Under the pieces are notes generated by a model that did not search any database, was not told the DNA's origin, and saw only the letters and a list, made by a program, of their open reading frames with translations. From Trichoplax adhaerens (lineage: Eukaryota; Animalia; Placozoa): a DNA stretch of 64,000 bases. A program made the position numbers and the translations under genes. The stretch covers positions 2,003,454-2,067,453 of the forward strand of contig NW_002060946.1 of assembly GCF_000150275.1 (NCBI RefSeq), given 5' to 3'. Below are positions 44,053 through 57,574 of the stretch, piece after piece; the first letter of the stretch is position 1; each line of letters starts with the position of its first letter.

Positions 44053-44999
44053 AAATGGTTTAATATTTTCTAAGTGTTATGGATAACTTCATTTCTTATT
44101 ACAAATCAATCTTAGGGGTTAGAAATGTCATAAACAGTCAGTTTATAATAAGTAAAGGCTTCCAAGCTAATTCATTACATTCTTTGACCATAATAAAGGT
44201 GTGTAAGAGTTAGAATTATTACTCGATATTTAATCGTGTCGCTAATAGTTTTCTTAACGAAACTGCCCAATTAAATATGTTATCATATCCTATTCTCAGG
44301 ATATATCGTAACAATAATAGCTGAATACATATTATACTCTCCTGTGTGTAGATTACTACTTGATCTCAGCTCTATTGCAAGAAGCTTAACTATCTATCCA
44401 ATCTTGCCTTCGTAACTTATATACTCAATATTTATAAGAAATAAATGTTGAACTTATTCTTATAAGGAAGAAAGACAGGAACGACAAAGAATTTATCATT
44501 GAGCTTCATGAATATAAAGTAGCCAATGGATCTATTTACTGCTCTCAATAGGTTATTTTTTGTTAAGATAAAGTATAAAGAGACCACTTTATCATATTCA
44601 TTATGCCTATCTATGTTAGATGATAGTTAACTTATTCGTTTCTATTTTAATCTTTGATTATAAGCTAACACTTAATGGTCGTATCAAACATGGGGATTAG
44701 TTCTGTGTCGTAATGTTTCTTTTGTCACTAATTTATGATATACTAAGTTTTCCTTTGCTCAAAGTATATCAAAAGATAACTAATTTATTTAATGTACTTC
44801 TTTATTAAGACTTTATTATTGTAAAAATGTCGCCAGTGCGTAGTCTATGAACATTAATCAGTCACTCTTAGTTCTAACTTATTAACTTAATTGCTATTCT
44901 TTGGCCTGTGAGTGAGCTTTGGATCTTTCTTTGCAAATTAGTAATCATTTTACCTTTAATATTATTGTTGGACGGTTGCTATTGGCTTATGGTAACACA

Positions 45000-45265
45000 T
45001 TCATGGATGATAGCGAATATCTCCTAGTTTAATTTTTAGACCTACATTGGAACTATCATGATCATCGGAAGACCGAAGTGTGAGAGTCTCCATATTGGAT
45101 TATGAATCATGCGATAGTAGCTTGTACTAACGCAATCATGGATAATGACAAACATCTCCTGACTTATATTTAGACCTATACTGGGAACTCTCATGATCAT
45201 TGGAAAGCCTAAGTGAAAGAATCGCCATATTGAATTATAAAACATGCGATCATTAGCTGTTGAGT
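45000..45265. repeat. Two-copy ~135-bp direct repeat
   Basis: 'catggat.at..c.aa.atctcct...tttagaccta...ggaact.tcatgatcat.ggaa' at ~45002 and ~45137. Confidence 0.75.
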
Positions 45266-47239
45266 CTCTTCTTCGCCTAGACATTTATTGTGTAATTAAT
45301 TAAAACTAGGTAACCAAAATTCTATTGCCAATTTTGAATCCAAAGTGGTTCGTATCATGATTACATTTTCCCCAGAGCACCATAAGTCTCATGATGATCA
45401 CTCTGAATATTGGTGATTTTAACAAGCAATCTATATTGCGGAATTCGATAAGGTCCTAATTTTGGCTATTAACTTTAATAGGTGTTTAGCTAAGCGTCCA
45501 ATAAAAAAATTTACTTTTACGTTTGCATGATATCTATAAGCAGGTCTAATTGCTAAACTATAAACAAAAGCAGAATCTTTACGTTGTGTCGAGTAAATAG
45601 TCAATAATAAAGAAATTAAACTGCATCAAGACTTGTAATCTTTAGGTAAAGTCGATTAATATATCTAATTTATTTGCCAAAATTGGTTAAAATTCTGCAT
45701 TTTATTTGCCTACATGCAAATTTTATTGTTGAAGTTCACAAAACTTTGATCCTCTTTTATAATAGAACATAGTTTTTGATGTAAAATGTCTCTCTAGGTT
45801 GAAGAGTCGGTAGCAAGTTTTCATTCTGGTGAATACAACGTTATTAATATCAATTATATTATCATTGCAAACTGATGAAGTCTAACTAGCCCATTATTGA
45901 AACATATACATATGCTAACTTATAATAAAGCTTGAATGCGGTATTGGGTATTGACTCATAGTAAGTAATAGTTAAATTCAGAAAACAGTTCGATGACCGG
46001 TATTGCACATCATACCAGAACATATCGCATAAATAATAGCAGATGAGCAACCAAGGACTAGAGAAAATATATAGCGGGGTCAAAGATATTATATTCATGC
46101 GTTATTAGAATAGTAGAGAGCTATTAGTGGGTAATTCAGAAACGATAGCTATAGCCCTAGTTAGATCGCAATCATTTGTGAAATTACATAAGGGTTAGGA
46201 TTAGCGTAAGATAAATATATTACCAAATGACAATCCGTGTACTAATTATGAACTGTGAGATTATATTATCGTTGTAACCGGTACATTATTATCTGTAATA
46301 TCGTGTGAGATATTGATACGTATTATATAGTATGTTAAATTATCAAACCGAACTTCTTTATATACAGTATAATTTATGCATAGCTGGGTATGCAGGTTCT
46401 GCTAGTATCTTATCAAATTCAATTCTATTCTTAATGTTATTCGTTTATATGCTAGTAAATCTTGTTCAATTTTTAGAATTAGTATAGCGTTTAAGGAGAT
46501 TACGATCGAAAATAGTTAGATACTACTAAGTCGTGATAGGTTTATAATACTGTGTTAACAGGAATATTTATTTAATATTTAGCTAAAATATACGGATAAT
46601 TCAATACAAGGTTAGATTTAGGGTAGATTAAAATTTACATATGCGATAGATTTATAACGGAATATTACAGTTTTTTCTTATTGCAAAGAAAAAATATCAA
46701 ATGCTTAATTTAGTTATTCATCGAGCTAAATAAGTTAATTTAGAATCCTAGTGTCTAACTCATACTCCAAAGTGGTAAGGTATAAATAATATTTATATAG
46801 CCATATTACTATTTTATAGGACGATAATTTATCATTTAGTTTATGATAATAACACAATTAATAGCAGTTCCAATTATAGTGTAGTACGGTTAATAAGAAT
46901 ATTAGGTATAGCGTATACGCGGTATATAGGCATATCATTGCTTTCATATTATACCATAACATATTAAGAAGGAAAAAATTTAGCCTCTATTTCTTTGCAA
47001 AGGTATACAGGCATTTCTAATATGTCACAAGTAATCAAACAGAATATAAGAATAAATGCTAATACTTGTGTATGTTGTAAACTAATTTTAACAAATTTGA
47101 AATTGCGGATTACGCATACAAAGAAATACGTACAGTTCCATCACCGATATGAATCTTATTAACTATAATAAGTTATTAGAGATGAAGTTTCCATAGACTT
47201 CTACTAGAAGAGGTCTTAGTTTATATCACATAATCCATT

Positions 47240-49892
47240 TTATACTTCTGTATGATTGCTTTGCATTGACATAGTTGTAATTGGGAAGAGAAATTTCTCA
47301 TCATTTAGATTATCATTGAGGCCTAGTTTTTTTGCCACGACAGTCAATCGGCGATTCTTTCTGGAAGTACTGTTAGCTCGAAGACGAATATCTTGATCAT
47401 CGGATGAACATATAATTTCAGACAATTGAGCGCAATGATTATAGCTTATTCCTCTTGAATAGAAGAATGTATAACCTTTCATATACTTTATGGCATAGTT
47501 TTTAATGGCTTCTTGTCGTTTTTCTGATTTAACATCTTCAGCAATATATTTTAAGCCCAAAAACATGGTAGCATAAGTTAGGACAAAGACAGATACCGCA
47601 TCGCCTAGTGAATTCAATCTTTCTAAGCTGTTAAAAGAAGCAGCAGCTAAATAAAATATAGCTCCAACTACCGTTATAATGGTTATCCTTAATACTAATT
47701 GCCATGGGCTAGTAGATAATTTAGGCAAATGATAGGATAAATACTTGTAGAGATCCATAGGTATAGCAATTTGAAGTTTTCTGGTTTGGATATCGTGATC
47801 TTCGTAATAGATTGGAATCAATGAATTCTGACGCGCTTCTTCTGATAGCAATATCTCTACAATTTGATCGTTTAACTTGGACAAAAAGAAAGAATATTCG
47901 GAAAATACAATTTTGTTTTGTTGATAGTTTTTTATATTATAATACAGAATAACTTGAGTTTCTTCACTTTTTAATTCACATGTATATAAGGAGACTAATT
48001 GCTTAAAAATGTCTTCAAATTCTCCCCTTAACGGTAATAAAATTTTAGGTAAATCAAGTTCCATCGATAAATCTTCATTAATATGTAAGTAAATAGCTAG
48101 TTTGCCGTATAATTTAGTTTGAAATTTTTGACCTTCTGCTTCGACTTGTTCTCTTACTTTTAAAATATCTGTTATTATGGACAACTTCTCTTCAGCATAG
48201 CTGTTCAATACTTGTGTTAAAAAATAAATAAACGGCATAAAGATGCCAATATAAGAGGTAAAATAAGTACCATTAGCCATAACAAATGCTGCCGATGTAA
48301 TTATCATACGCACAATAACTTGATAAGTTATCCATAGAAAGACAACACTGCAAGCATAAAAGATTAAGGTAGCAATATAAATCGTCGGTCGAAAAATGGT
48401 TTCCCGAAAGCTAGGATTAGCGTAACCTTTACTGCATAATCTGGTAGCGATAATTTCTGATTTCTTAAAAACGTAATAATAAAGTGACATTTTATTAATT
48501 AAGAAAAATGGTATAGACAGAATAATTTCCAACAACATGGTCAAGGAGAGCCAACAGCTGCGGCCAAAATATCGACAAGCAAATAATTGACGAAAATGAA
48601 ACCACCATCGAGCAATATATTTTATAAAACGGCGATTTAACTGCGATTCACTGTAGATAAAGATTGCTTCGACTTTATTGATAAATAATCGTTCATATTC
48701 TTCATTACCATAGCGAAAAATGATAGCAATCACGATATATAATGTTGCAGACCCATAAATTGCAGCAATAGCGCAAAAGATATAAAACGTTTGCGATGGT
48801 AAAATGATAGATCCGCGTAAATTAGGATAAATTAAGAAATAGTTAGCATGTAATTGGAACCATACTGAAACTGCTAATCCTGTCATGCTAACTAAGAAAA
48901 CACCAATCATACGTAACCAAATTCTCTTGGTTATAAAATATTCCAGTAGGAAACGTTTAAATCGATAGCCGATACTTTCAGAGCGATAATCAGTAATGAT
49001 TCGGAGATCCATTGCGGTTGATTCTCCGCCTGTATCGTTTTTCCTAAAATAAAATAAAACAGTATAAAATAGTTTATTTCTTCATTATCAAATGCATGAT
49101 CAAAGGATTTTCTGCGTTACCGTTTCTTTAAGTTAACTATTATTTTGATTTTACAGTACTGTTTTTTTAATATATAAGTTACTTCTTAAAATAGAGTAGT
49201 AAAACATCGAACCTTAACGCCGGGGTAGCTTTTAGTGTCCATTTGACAAGGCTTGCGCCTAAAGCACAGCTAACGAGGAGTGATATATAACGAAATGCAA
49301 TGATATAAGTGGATGCTTTATCCGTTGTTGAACATTTTGTCTCATTAGAAATTTTCCAGCAGCATTGTAAATTAATTTTATCAAGACTACTAGCAAGATC
49401 GTATTGACGAGAGCAGACAACATTGCATTTTTCGTCATTAGGACAGGAACGGCCATTATTTGGTAAATCAATTATATAATTTCGAAATAACAGGCGTTTA
49501 CATTGATCATTTAGTAATGACATGCAACGATTTGGTTTTTCAACGGGATAAACACGAATATAATCTTGAAAAACTGCCGGCAAGTATAGATTGATCAAGT
49601 GAAAATCAGCTGGTAACGACAACAAGATTTCACCAAAATTAGGACGACTCCAAGCATAAGTCGTTTTACTATCGGAGTAACTTTCGTTAACTTGAAAATA
49701 AATTACACGAGCGATATTCTGATCTATCTTCGTTTTTAATACTTGATAATCTGATTGTCGAACAGATAGTGAACATTGATGAGTACAAGGGTTTCTTCCT
49801 GTGATAGCATGGCCATAATGGCCCCTCAGGATAACGGCAAGCGACAGATATAAAATCAAAGTAGCGTGATTGATCTTTGTTAACTTGGCCAT
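47240..49892 (-). CDS. Unrecognised multi-pass membrane protein B, 827 aa, 2 exons (49892-49213, 49043-47240), paralogue of protein A
   Basis: A phase-2 intron sits at the same relative position as in A (TPALR|KNDTGGESTAMDLRI). Shared motifs include AWxxxxFGxxLxxLPxDF, EKPNxC, IIAFRY(V/I)S, PM(E/D)xYxY and GYxFFY(T/S)RG. Confidence 0.88.
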
Positions 49893-49949
49893 GACAAAAC
49901 CGTTAATTTTACAATTAGATGATTCAATGACGATCTCCTTCGAGAATTA

Positions 49950-50685
49950 AAGTATTTTTCTTGTTCCTTTCGATTTAAGAAGCCAGAGCCAATAAGAATT
50001 CGATTGATTTTATGCTCAAAGCGACGTTTATGTAGTCAAGTTGAACTCGACACGAATATTAACAACCTGCTGTAGAAGGAATAAGCGAATTAATTAACAT
50101 TATTTACTAAGTCTATACATCATATCATGATGTAAAGATTACTAGAATACAGAAAAAATCTTGCTGAGCTGTAAAAAGGAATGATTTCATGCTCTACTTA
50201 CTCTAGTAATGGTGGAAATTTATCACGGAGAGAAGAAGATGCATAAGTTCAATGCTCCGGATTTCAACATAAAACGCAGTTGTAGATGGGATAAAATATC
50301 TTAATTGTAAGGTTATTTCGAATATTTTTCTTGATCCTTTCGATTTATGAAGCCAAGTCCAATCGAAATTGGATGAATTTTATGCTCAAAGTGACGCTGA
50401 TATAGTCAAGTTAAATTCCACATCAAAATTAACAACCTGCTGTTAAAGGAATAAGCGATTAGTAAACATTTTACTACGTCTAGACTTGATGTCATGATGT
50501 AAAAATTGCTAGAACACAAAAAAATCATGCTGGGTTACGAAAAAGGAATAATTTCATACTCTACTTACCGTAGTAGTCGTGAAAATTTTATCACGGAGAA
50601 AGAACATTCAATGTTCTGGATCTTAATATAAAGGTAGTTGTCGATGGGATAAAATGTGTTAATTGTAAAGATATGTCAATTAATC
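49950..50685. repeat. Tandem duplication (~370-bp unit, 2 copies) of the 5' flank of membrane gene B
   Basis: 'atttttcttg.tcctttcgattta.gaagcca' at ~49954 and ~50324; 'ctctacttac' (minus-strand gtaagt donor) at ~50192 and ~50559. Confidence 0.85.
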
Positions 50686-52847
50686 ACTTTTAGACCGGAA
50701 ACTGAACACAGAATTAGTCTGTTCCTCGTGTAATGGCGTTTTTATAATGTCCGGGTTATTCTATTCTACCCCTCCCATACTACAACAGAAGAACAAAACA
50801 AATCATACTAAAAAAATGTTTTAATGTAAATAATGAGTCAACTACATTCCATCTATCCAATTATTAGCTAAAAGATAATGCTATATATATGAAAGACAAT
50901 GAAAATATATTAGCATCCAGACTTTAATTGTAGTAGAGAGAAAACAGTTCAATAAAATATAGCTTTGATACAATATTATAATCACTTAATAGAGGCAGTT
51001 AAAGGTAATGGAACATCATTACTATTAATGCAGAAAAAAAGTTTCGTTATAGATTTGCGAGTTATTGGCACTCTTTACATATAGAAATTGCGCTAAGCTG
51101 CTACTGCTATGGTAAAGGGACGATGGCGAAGGAGAAGGCGCTAATAAGATCAAAGTATGCAGTTCTCCAGCTAAAATTTTGTATTCTTTCTTTAAATGCA
51201 TTCTGTAGTAATTTTTTTACGTAATTTGAGCTCATTTATTAATGCCATTGACCTTTAGACCAACCTACTGGATAGATACAGTATTTCAGAATAGACTATT
51301 AAGAATACGATGTACAGTTTAGCATCGATCTGCGATAGTTCTTTCGACTTTTATGCATAAATTCACTGTAAACTCTTGTAGTTGATTCAGATTTATAATC
51401 CAAAAATTGAGGCAAGTTGTATTATAATAGATTTCTGTAATTATTTGCGATCTATACATACGATAATTAATTGAGGTAATCTACCATAGTAATGGCCAAG
51501 ATTGCGATACGATAATAAAAACAGTGATAGCTAATTAGTTACTGTTACTAAGGACAAAATATATTATTTTATTTCCAGAATTTGTTATGGCTTCATTTTT
51601 TTGTTTATTCTGGGTATAATTGGACATAATCCGCTAGTCTAAAGCTAAAAGCGTAATACAATTACATGATTTACGAGTTGACAAAGGGTCTGACTATAGT
51701 TCTATCAAGAATACAGAAGATTACATGACGACAATCTTGGTAGTTAATTTCTTAAACAGTCTGATTTTGATTTACTAATATTGTGCAGAAAATGAGAATC
51801 AATCCCAAGATACTGTATAAGTACTCGTATATCAGGAGATGGTATTAAGAATATAAAGTACAGTTTAATACTTATCTGTTTACAGTTATTGTGACTAATT
51901 TATGTATAAACTTGATCGACTTATCAATTTAAGAGCAAAGAATAGTTTATTAAGTGATAAAAAGACCGTTTCATTGTGAATTTTTATTGTTACTTAAGAT
52001 TTCTACGTATAAAAATGGAGAGGAGCTAGGCTGTATTTTATGATAGATTCTTATGATTATTTACAATCTTTAGATAAAGATAAATTGAGCTAATCTACGA
52101 GTTCAGTGACATAAATATGTTATTATAAAAGCGATAATTGTTCATGAGAAGCGTCATTAAAATAAAAGAGACTGTTTAGGCATAGATATTTTTTATAATT
52201 TGATTCTTCCGCTCTTCTCGCGCTTAAAGTTGAGTTAATTGGACAGTGTATGGTAAGAATAGAAGGGATAAATAAGATAAAATTAACGAAGAACTCGGTT
52301 GGAGTTCTATTAAGAATGAAGAGCTCCACCGCGTGATGTCGATTTTTTTGGTATTTTCTCGTGTAAATGATGTTGGGTTACTTACTCTATATTAAACATT
52401 TTAATTAATCGAATACTTAATATAGATACAGAAAACACTATTAAAGATGAAAATTGCGATTTCATATTAATCTTTTAAAATCTATCTTACTCTTTTCTGT
52501 GTCGATGAAGTCGATGTGTAATGAGCAAAACGATTTTAGATATTGAATACGTACTTAATGAAACAAGGCAAAGCATATTATTGTAAGAGTACTTCTTCCC
52601 GCTAATGAAATCATACGTATTGTAAATATAGATTTTCATATACTGTATTGCTGGTAATTATCTGATAAACAGATTTTATTACCATTTCCGTCAATCCCTG
52701 CAAATAAAAAAAATGACCTTCTAGAGGGTAACGCAGTATGGTCGGAGTTAACTCATTGATGAGAAAACATTATCATTCAAGAACTGCTTCTGTATTCAAC
52801 GGTGTCATTCCATCAATCAGTATTTATGTTATAGATTACAAGACTCT

Positions 52848-53450
52848 ACTAGTTATTCCCCGGATATTTGATTTTTAATCACATGATATCCGCTTGTAGC
52901 TATTTCTATATTGGCAAAGGCATAAAGTATACATTAACTTTTAATGAACTGTATATAACATTCAAAAGTAACCAAGTTTTGCAATCTAGATATGAGTAGA
53001 GATACGGAGTGCATAAGTTATACAAATAGCTACAACGGCTTGGTGACATCTTTAAAAGTATATATCCAATTTTATAACGCGAAAAGTTATTCTCATTTAC
53101 GGCTTACGCGTATTATATATCATTAAGATATAATTTTTAGACTGATCATTTCAAAGTAAATTTATTTGCTATTATTCATTATCTATCATCTATGTATTAA
53201 AATGAAGCTATCGCTATAGCTACAATAATAATATGTTCTCGTTTCGAAAAGTTTACTGGTTATTCCCTTTATATTCGATTTTAATCGTATAATATCCGGT
53301 TGTAGCTATTTCTGTATTAAATTTCAAAAACCACCAATGACTCCAAGTTTTGCAAACTGTATGGGAGTAGATATACGGGCTGTATGAAATATATAAATCG
53401 CTACAACGGCTCGGTGATATCTTAAAGTATATATCCAATTCTCTAATGCG
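52848..53450. repeat. Two-copy degenerate direct repeat (~200-240 bp) upstream of the pseudogene C exon
   Basis: 'aagttttgcaa...gagtaga.atacgg...gctacaacggct.ggtga.atctt' at ~52973 and ~53345; 'gttattccc...ttgtagctatttct' at ~52852 and ~53259. Confidence 0.75.
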
Positions 53451-53809
53451 TGCAATGATTTACCGCTTGGTACTTCATAGAATCAATTTTTGAATTACCC
53501 AATTCGATTAATGTTCGTCCTTGCATCGAGTTAATATACGAGTAAATTTCTTTAGCAGCACTTTAGAACTACTGTATTAAACGAAAGTTAAATTTTCAAT
53601 TACTTTACATTACATAATAACTCTGAATCATTCCTGAATTATAATTTTATAAGGTAAATTTTTTACAGCTTCTACATACGAATATCTAATTCTGTTATTG
53701 ATCATAGATAAAATTAGAATTTGATTTAATAGGATTATATTGATTCTTTCCACAAAAAAAACTAAAATATACCTAATCCCAGTATTATTTTTTTCGCCAA
53801 AATCTGTAG

Positions 53810-55289
53810 GATAGAACGTGTCATACGGGGTCTACGGATAACACTCAAGAGCTCACTGTACGAATTATATCTGAGGATGATCGACAAAATGTTAGTAAAC
53901 ACTGTAAAAGATATTATAACGGTATAGCTTCCAAGTTCAAATCATAGCAAGTGCACATCTTTATCTGTATACTGTCAACGGCTGGCATAATTTTATCTGT
54001 ATGGATACAATCAAAACCTTATGCCACGATGCCATATCTTTATGATTTTGCTTAACCTGAAATTTTTGAGATCGTGACAACTATTTTAATTATAAAATAC
54101 ATCCTAGCCGTTATAATAGTAAAGCCAAATTTTTATGGTGATTTAGATATACAAAAGATCGATTTTGAGTATGATCAGATCATAAAAAGCATCGGAAAAA
54201 GAGTTTGTTTTCCATATATTTTGGCATATCAAAAATTTAAAATAGAATTTTCTTCAGATATTGGTACACGGTAGATACAGTCTTGAAATGATCTTTAAAA
54301 CCTGCGCACTTTTATTAATAAATCATAATTGCATCGCCGTTTATTATTATCAATAGATTATCTTTAGTTTATTATATATTCCGTAAAGCGGACATCATTA
54401 CATTTAGATTAAGCTATGCATGTAATTGTCGAGGCGATCATCTAACCTGCTGGAAAGTAATCTTGAAAGTTATTATATATATATTATATCGGTATTACAC
54501 TGTACCATAATAATCGGAGGAATTTGGGTACTTTTACAACTCTTTGCTAAAGTATTTATTATATCGGTTGCTTTTATTGCAACCCACAGTGACTTCTTTG
54601 CTTCTCATTTAGGAGCATTTTTATCACTAATTTATTGTATGCGACGATTATTAAAACTCATTTATTAAAGAGAAGGACATGCTCTATGAAGATATACTAA
54701 ATATGAGGCAAGAGATGGAACACGAAGCCACGGATTATTTTTCATCAGATAATGGAGAATTGGAAATACGATTTGCCCTAACGTATCAAGGTGTTAGACT
54801 AGATTTGCCTGAAAGATTTTTTAATTTACGGGAGGCGATAAAGCAAAATCTTGAAAGGATAGCTTTAAATGATGCAGATGTAATCGAATTTGAAGGACAG
54901 ACTATGAATATCATTTTCAAGCTTATTAGTAGAGAACAGGAAGGAAAAAAGTCGTATAAGGTTACATTTTCTCGATTCGATCATCAGTGGATCATCTACG
55001 CGATATTATCAATAAAGAGTTATCTCGTCAGCAAGAAGAATTTTTACAGTCATCAATCAAACAATTTTATTTTGATATTCCTATGGAAAATTGCAACGAA
55101 ATGGATATTGCTATACCTAACATTCTGCGATATATTCATAGATATACATTTTTTTACACGAAAGGAAGAACCGTCAATCCATTTGCTCAGTTGATTCAAA
55201 TTTCCTCTGGTAGAACACTATCACATGAAACTAAATGTAATCAAGAGCTTTATTTCTCACAGGTCAGTAATAATTTATCGTATTCATAA
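53810..55289 (+). pseudogene. Pseudogene C of the A/B membrane protein family (exon-2 remnant with stops, frameshifts and deletion of the two C-terminal TM segments)
   Basis: After a tgtag acceptor: ELTVRIISE...KS*...AGIILSVWIQSKPY (compare A: DVRLVSNY...GISVWVQTFPY). The fragment ORFs read GIWVLLQLFAKVFIISVAFIATHSDFFASHL, YFSSDNGELEIRF...DLPER and IAIPNILRYIHRYTFFYTKGRTVNP, spread over different frames. Confidence 0.88.
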
Positions 55290-55539
55290 TTTAATATTTC
55301 ACTAGACCAAGATAAATGCTATCAAAATGATTAATAAAAAAATCAATTTATTTCAATGCGAGTTATTTTAGAGATTCGAATAGGTCATAACGATTATTAT
55401 TATTATTCTATTAGGCCATCGTATTACTCAAGTTTAACGGATAAAGGATTTTAGGATGTAAATTGGATTATACTTGTAAAGATAACCCGCTACTTGATAA
55501 CGATTGCGCAATTTTTATGTGATCATATGGGATTTGGAA

Positions 55540-57532
55540 ATAGGTAACGATCGAATTTTGTATTAAGAGATGATTAGTTTCTCAGTCTATTAAGACAAAA
55601 ATTAATTTAAATTCTTCGATAACATAATCTGTCGATATTCTTCCAGTCTGACGAACTTATTCATATTTATATTGTCTTTCCATAATAGTTCCGAATGGAC
55701 AATCATGTAAGTGAACGATATCTCGAAGTATACGTAATAACCAATCGACGTCTGTTACAATAATTCCTCCATCGCCTACTTTATCACAAAATAGAATTTC
55801 GCCTAAATCGTGTGAATACGTTAGCATATCTCTTAATTCTTCATCACTTTCGTGTAAACTGTATTTTTCAGCTAATCGTGTAATTTGTTGTATTGTCATT
55901 ATTTTATCGATTTTTATCAGTAATAATTTGATTGATTAACGATGGCCTGATGTTATTGTCCGTTTGACTGTTAGATTAATTAACATCATTATGTGCTGGT
56001 TTATGCAGTATAGTAGCCATAACGTACCATCGTATAGGAATAGGATCACTCATAAACGGTATCGATTCATCAAATTATTTCATAATATCATGTAGTCGTA
56101 GACAGTAAAATATTCCATCTGTGATATACGGAATTTCATCGTATTCGTATCCAATATGTAGCGGAACTGACAAATAATATAGCGATAAATCAAATGGCTC
56201 AACTTCAGGTTCTAATAAATACGGAACGAGATACTGACACGTAACTCTATCACTTCCATCTCGGATACCGCAAACAATATCATAACTCCATTAAATCAAT
56301 TATACTCTTCTTAGTATCAATATCTAAATGAATTTCTTTACAGTTAAGAACATAATCAGTATAGTCTATCGATATTCTTCCAGTTTGACGAACTTGCTCA
56401 TATTTCCCTTGTCTTTCTAAACTTCCAGATTGACAATCATGTAACTGAATAATTGCGCGAAATATACATAATAACCAATTAATGTCTGTTACAATAATTC
56501 CTTCATCACCTACTTTGTCACAGAATACAATTTCACCCAAATCGTGTAAATACGTTAACATATCTCTTAATTCGTATTTTTGAGCTAATTGTCTAATTTG
56601 TTGTATCGTCATTATTTTATCAATTTTATCACTTATAATTTGATTGATTATCGGTGGCTTAGTTTCATTCATACCTTGATCAATATTATCATACTCGTAC
56701 AGTGATTTATGTAATATGGTAGCCATAGCGTATCATCGGATAGGAATAGGTTTATTCATAAATGGTATTGAATCAACGAATTGTTTCATAATATCATGCA
56801 ATACGAGCCGACCACCTGGGGATGGTTATCACCTAGGACTGCCAATCGAATTTGGAGCGATTTAGCAAACATACTCAGAGCCTCATCATGCCTACCATGA
56901 CTATGATAAACATTTCCTATGTAGCTATAGGAATCGGCAACATGGGGATGATTGTGACTTAGGACTGACAGTCGAATTGTCTTTGACTTGTTGTACATAG
57001 CAAGAACCTCTCCATGCTTGCCTTGACTAGCATAAGCATTCGCACGCTGTTATAGGAATCGGCAACATGGAGATGATTGTCACCAAGGACTGACAATCGA
57101 ATTCTGAGTGAATTAAGATGCATAGAAAGAGCCTCATCATATTTGCTGTCATTATAATAGGTAGTTTCCATGTTGCTATACAAGGTAGCAACATCGGGAC
57201 AGCGTTGTTGATAATACAATGTTTAATGTTATGGCAAAATTGTTTAACATCACTTCAAAATCTGGAAAAAGCTTGTAATTAATTATTTGAAAACTATTCA
57301 TAGATAGAGCCAAATCATAGATGCCACCATTATCGTAGATACGCCCTATTTGATCATAGGAGCCGGCAACAATTTTCTCGCTGATATTCTTGCGCTTTGA
57401 TTTCATTTCAAGAGATTTCTTACTGTCTTTGAGGGCTTCATCCAAGTCTTCTTGCGCTATTTTAATCTCAGCTTGCATGTATATAATATAAACATGTCGC
57501 CAATCTGAATCGATCCTGCAGTTGATTAGCAA
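55540..57532 (-). pseudogene. Mosaic Roco-type pseudogene: decayed TPR repeats followed by two tandem COR-domain fragments, no Roc GTPase seen
   Basis: TPR-like text (EALSMHLNSLRIRLSVLGDNHLHVADSYN, SYIGNVYHSHGRHDEALSM) at 56800-57532. COR-like motifs (PIPIR[W/*]Y, ELRDMLTYLHDLGEIVF, IIVTDINWL, YLVPYLL) at 56110-56800 and again at 55540-56100. Many stops and frameshifts. Confidence 0.8.
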
Positions 57533-57574
57533 AATTACTAATCAATCAAACTTTTATACCGTAGCGATGGAGTT

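Noticed and set aside
52448-52845. Possible decayed exon 1 (signal peptide/ectodomain) of pseudogene C
   Set aside because: The position fits and there is a faint echo (MKIAISY*, NAVWSEL), but similarity is too weak to call without an alignment.
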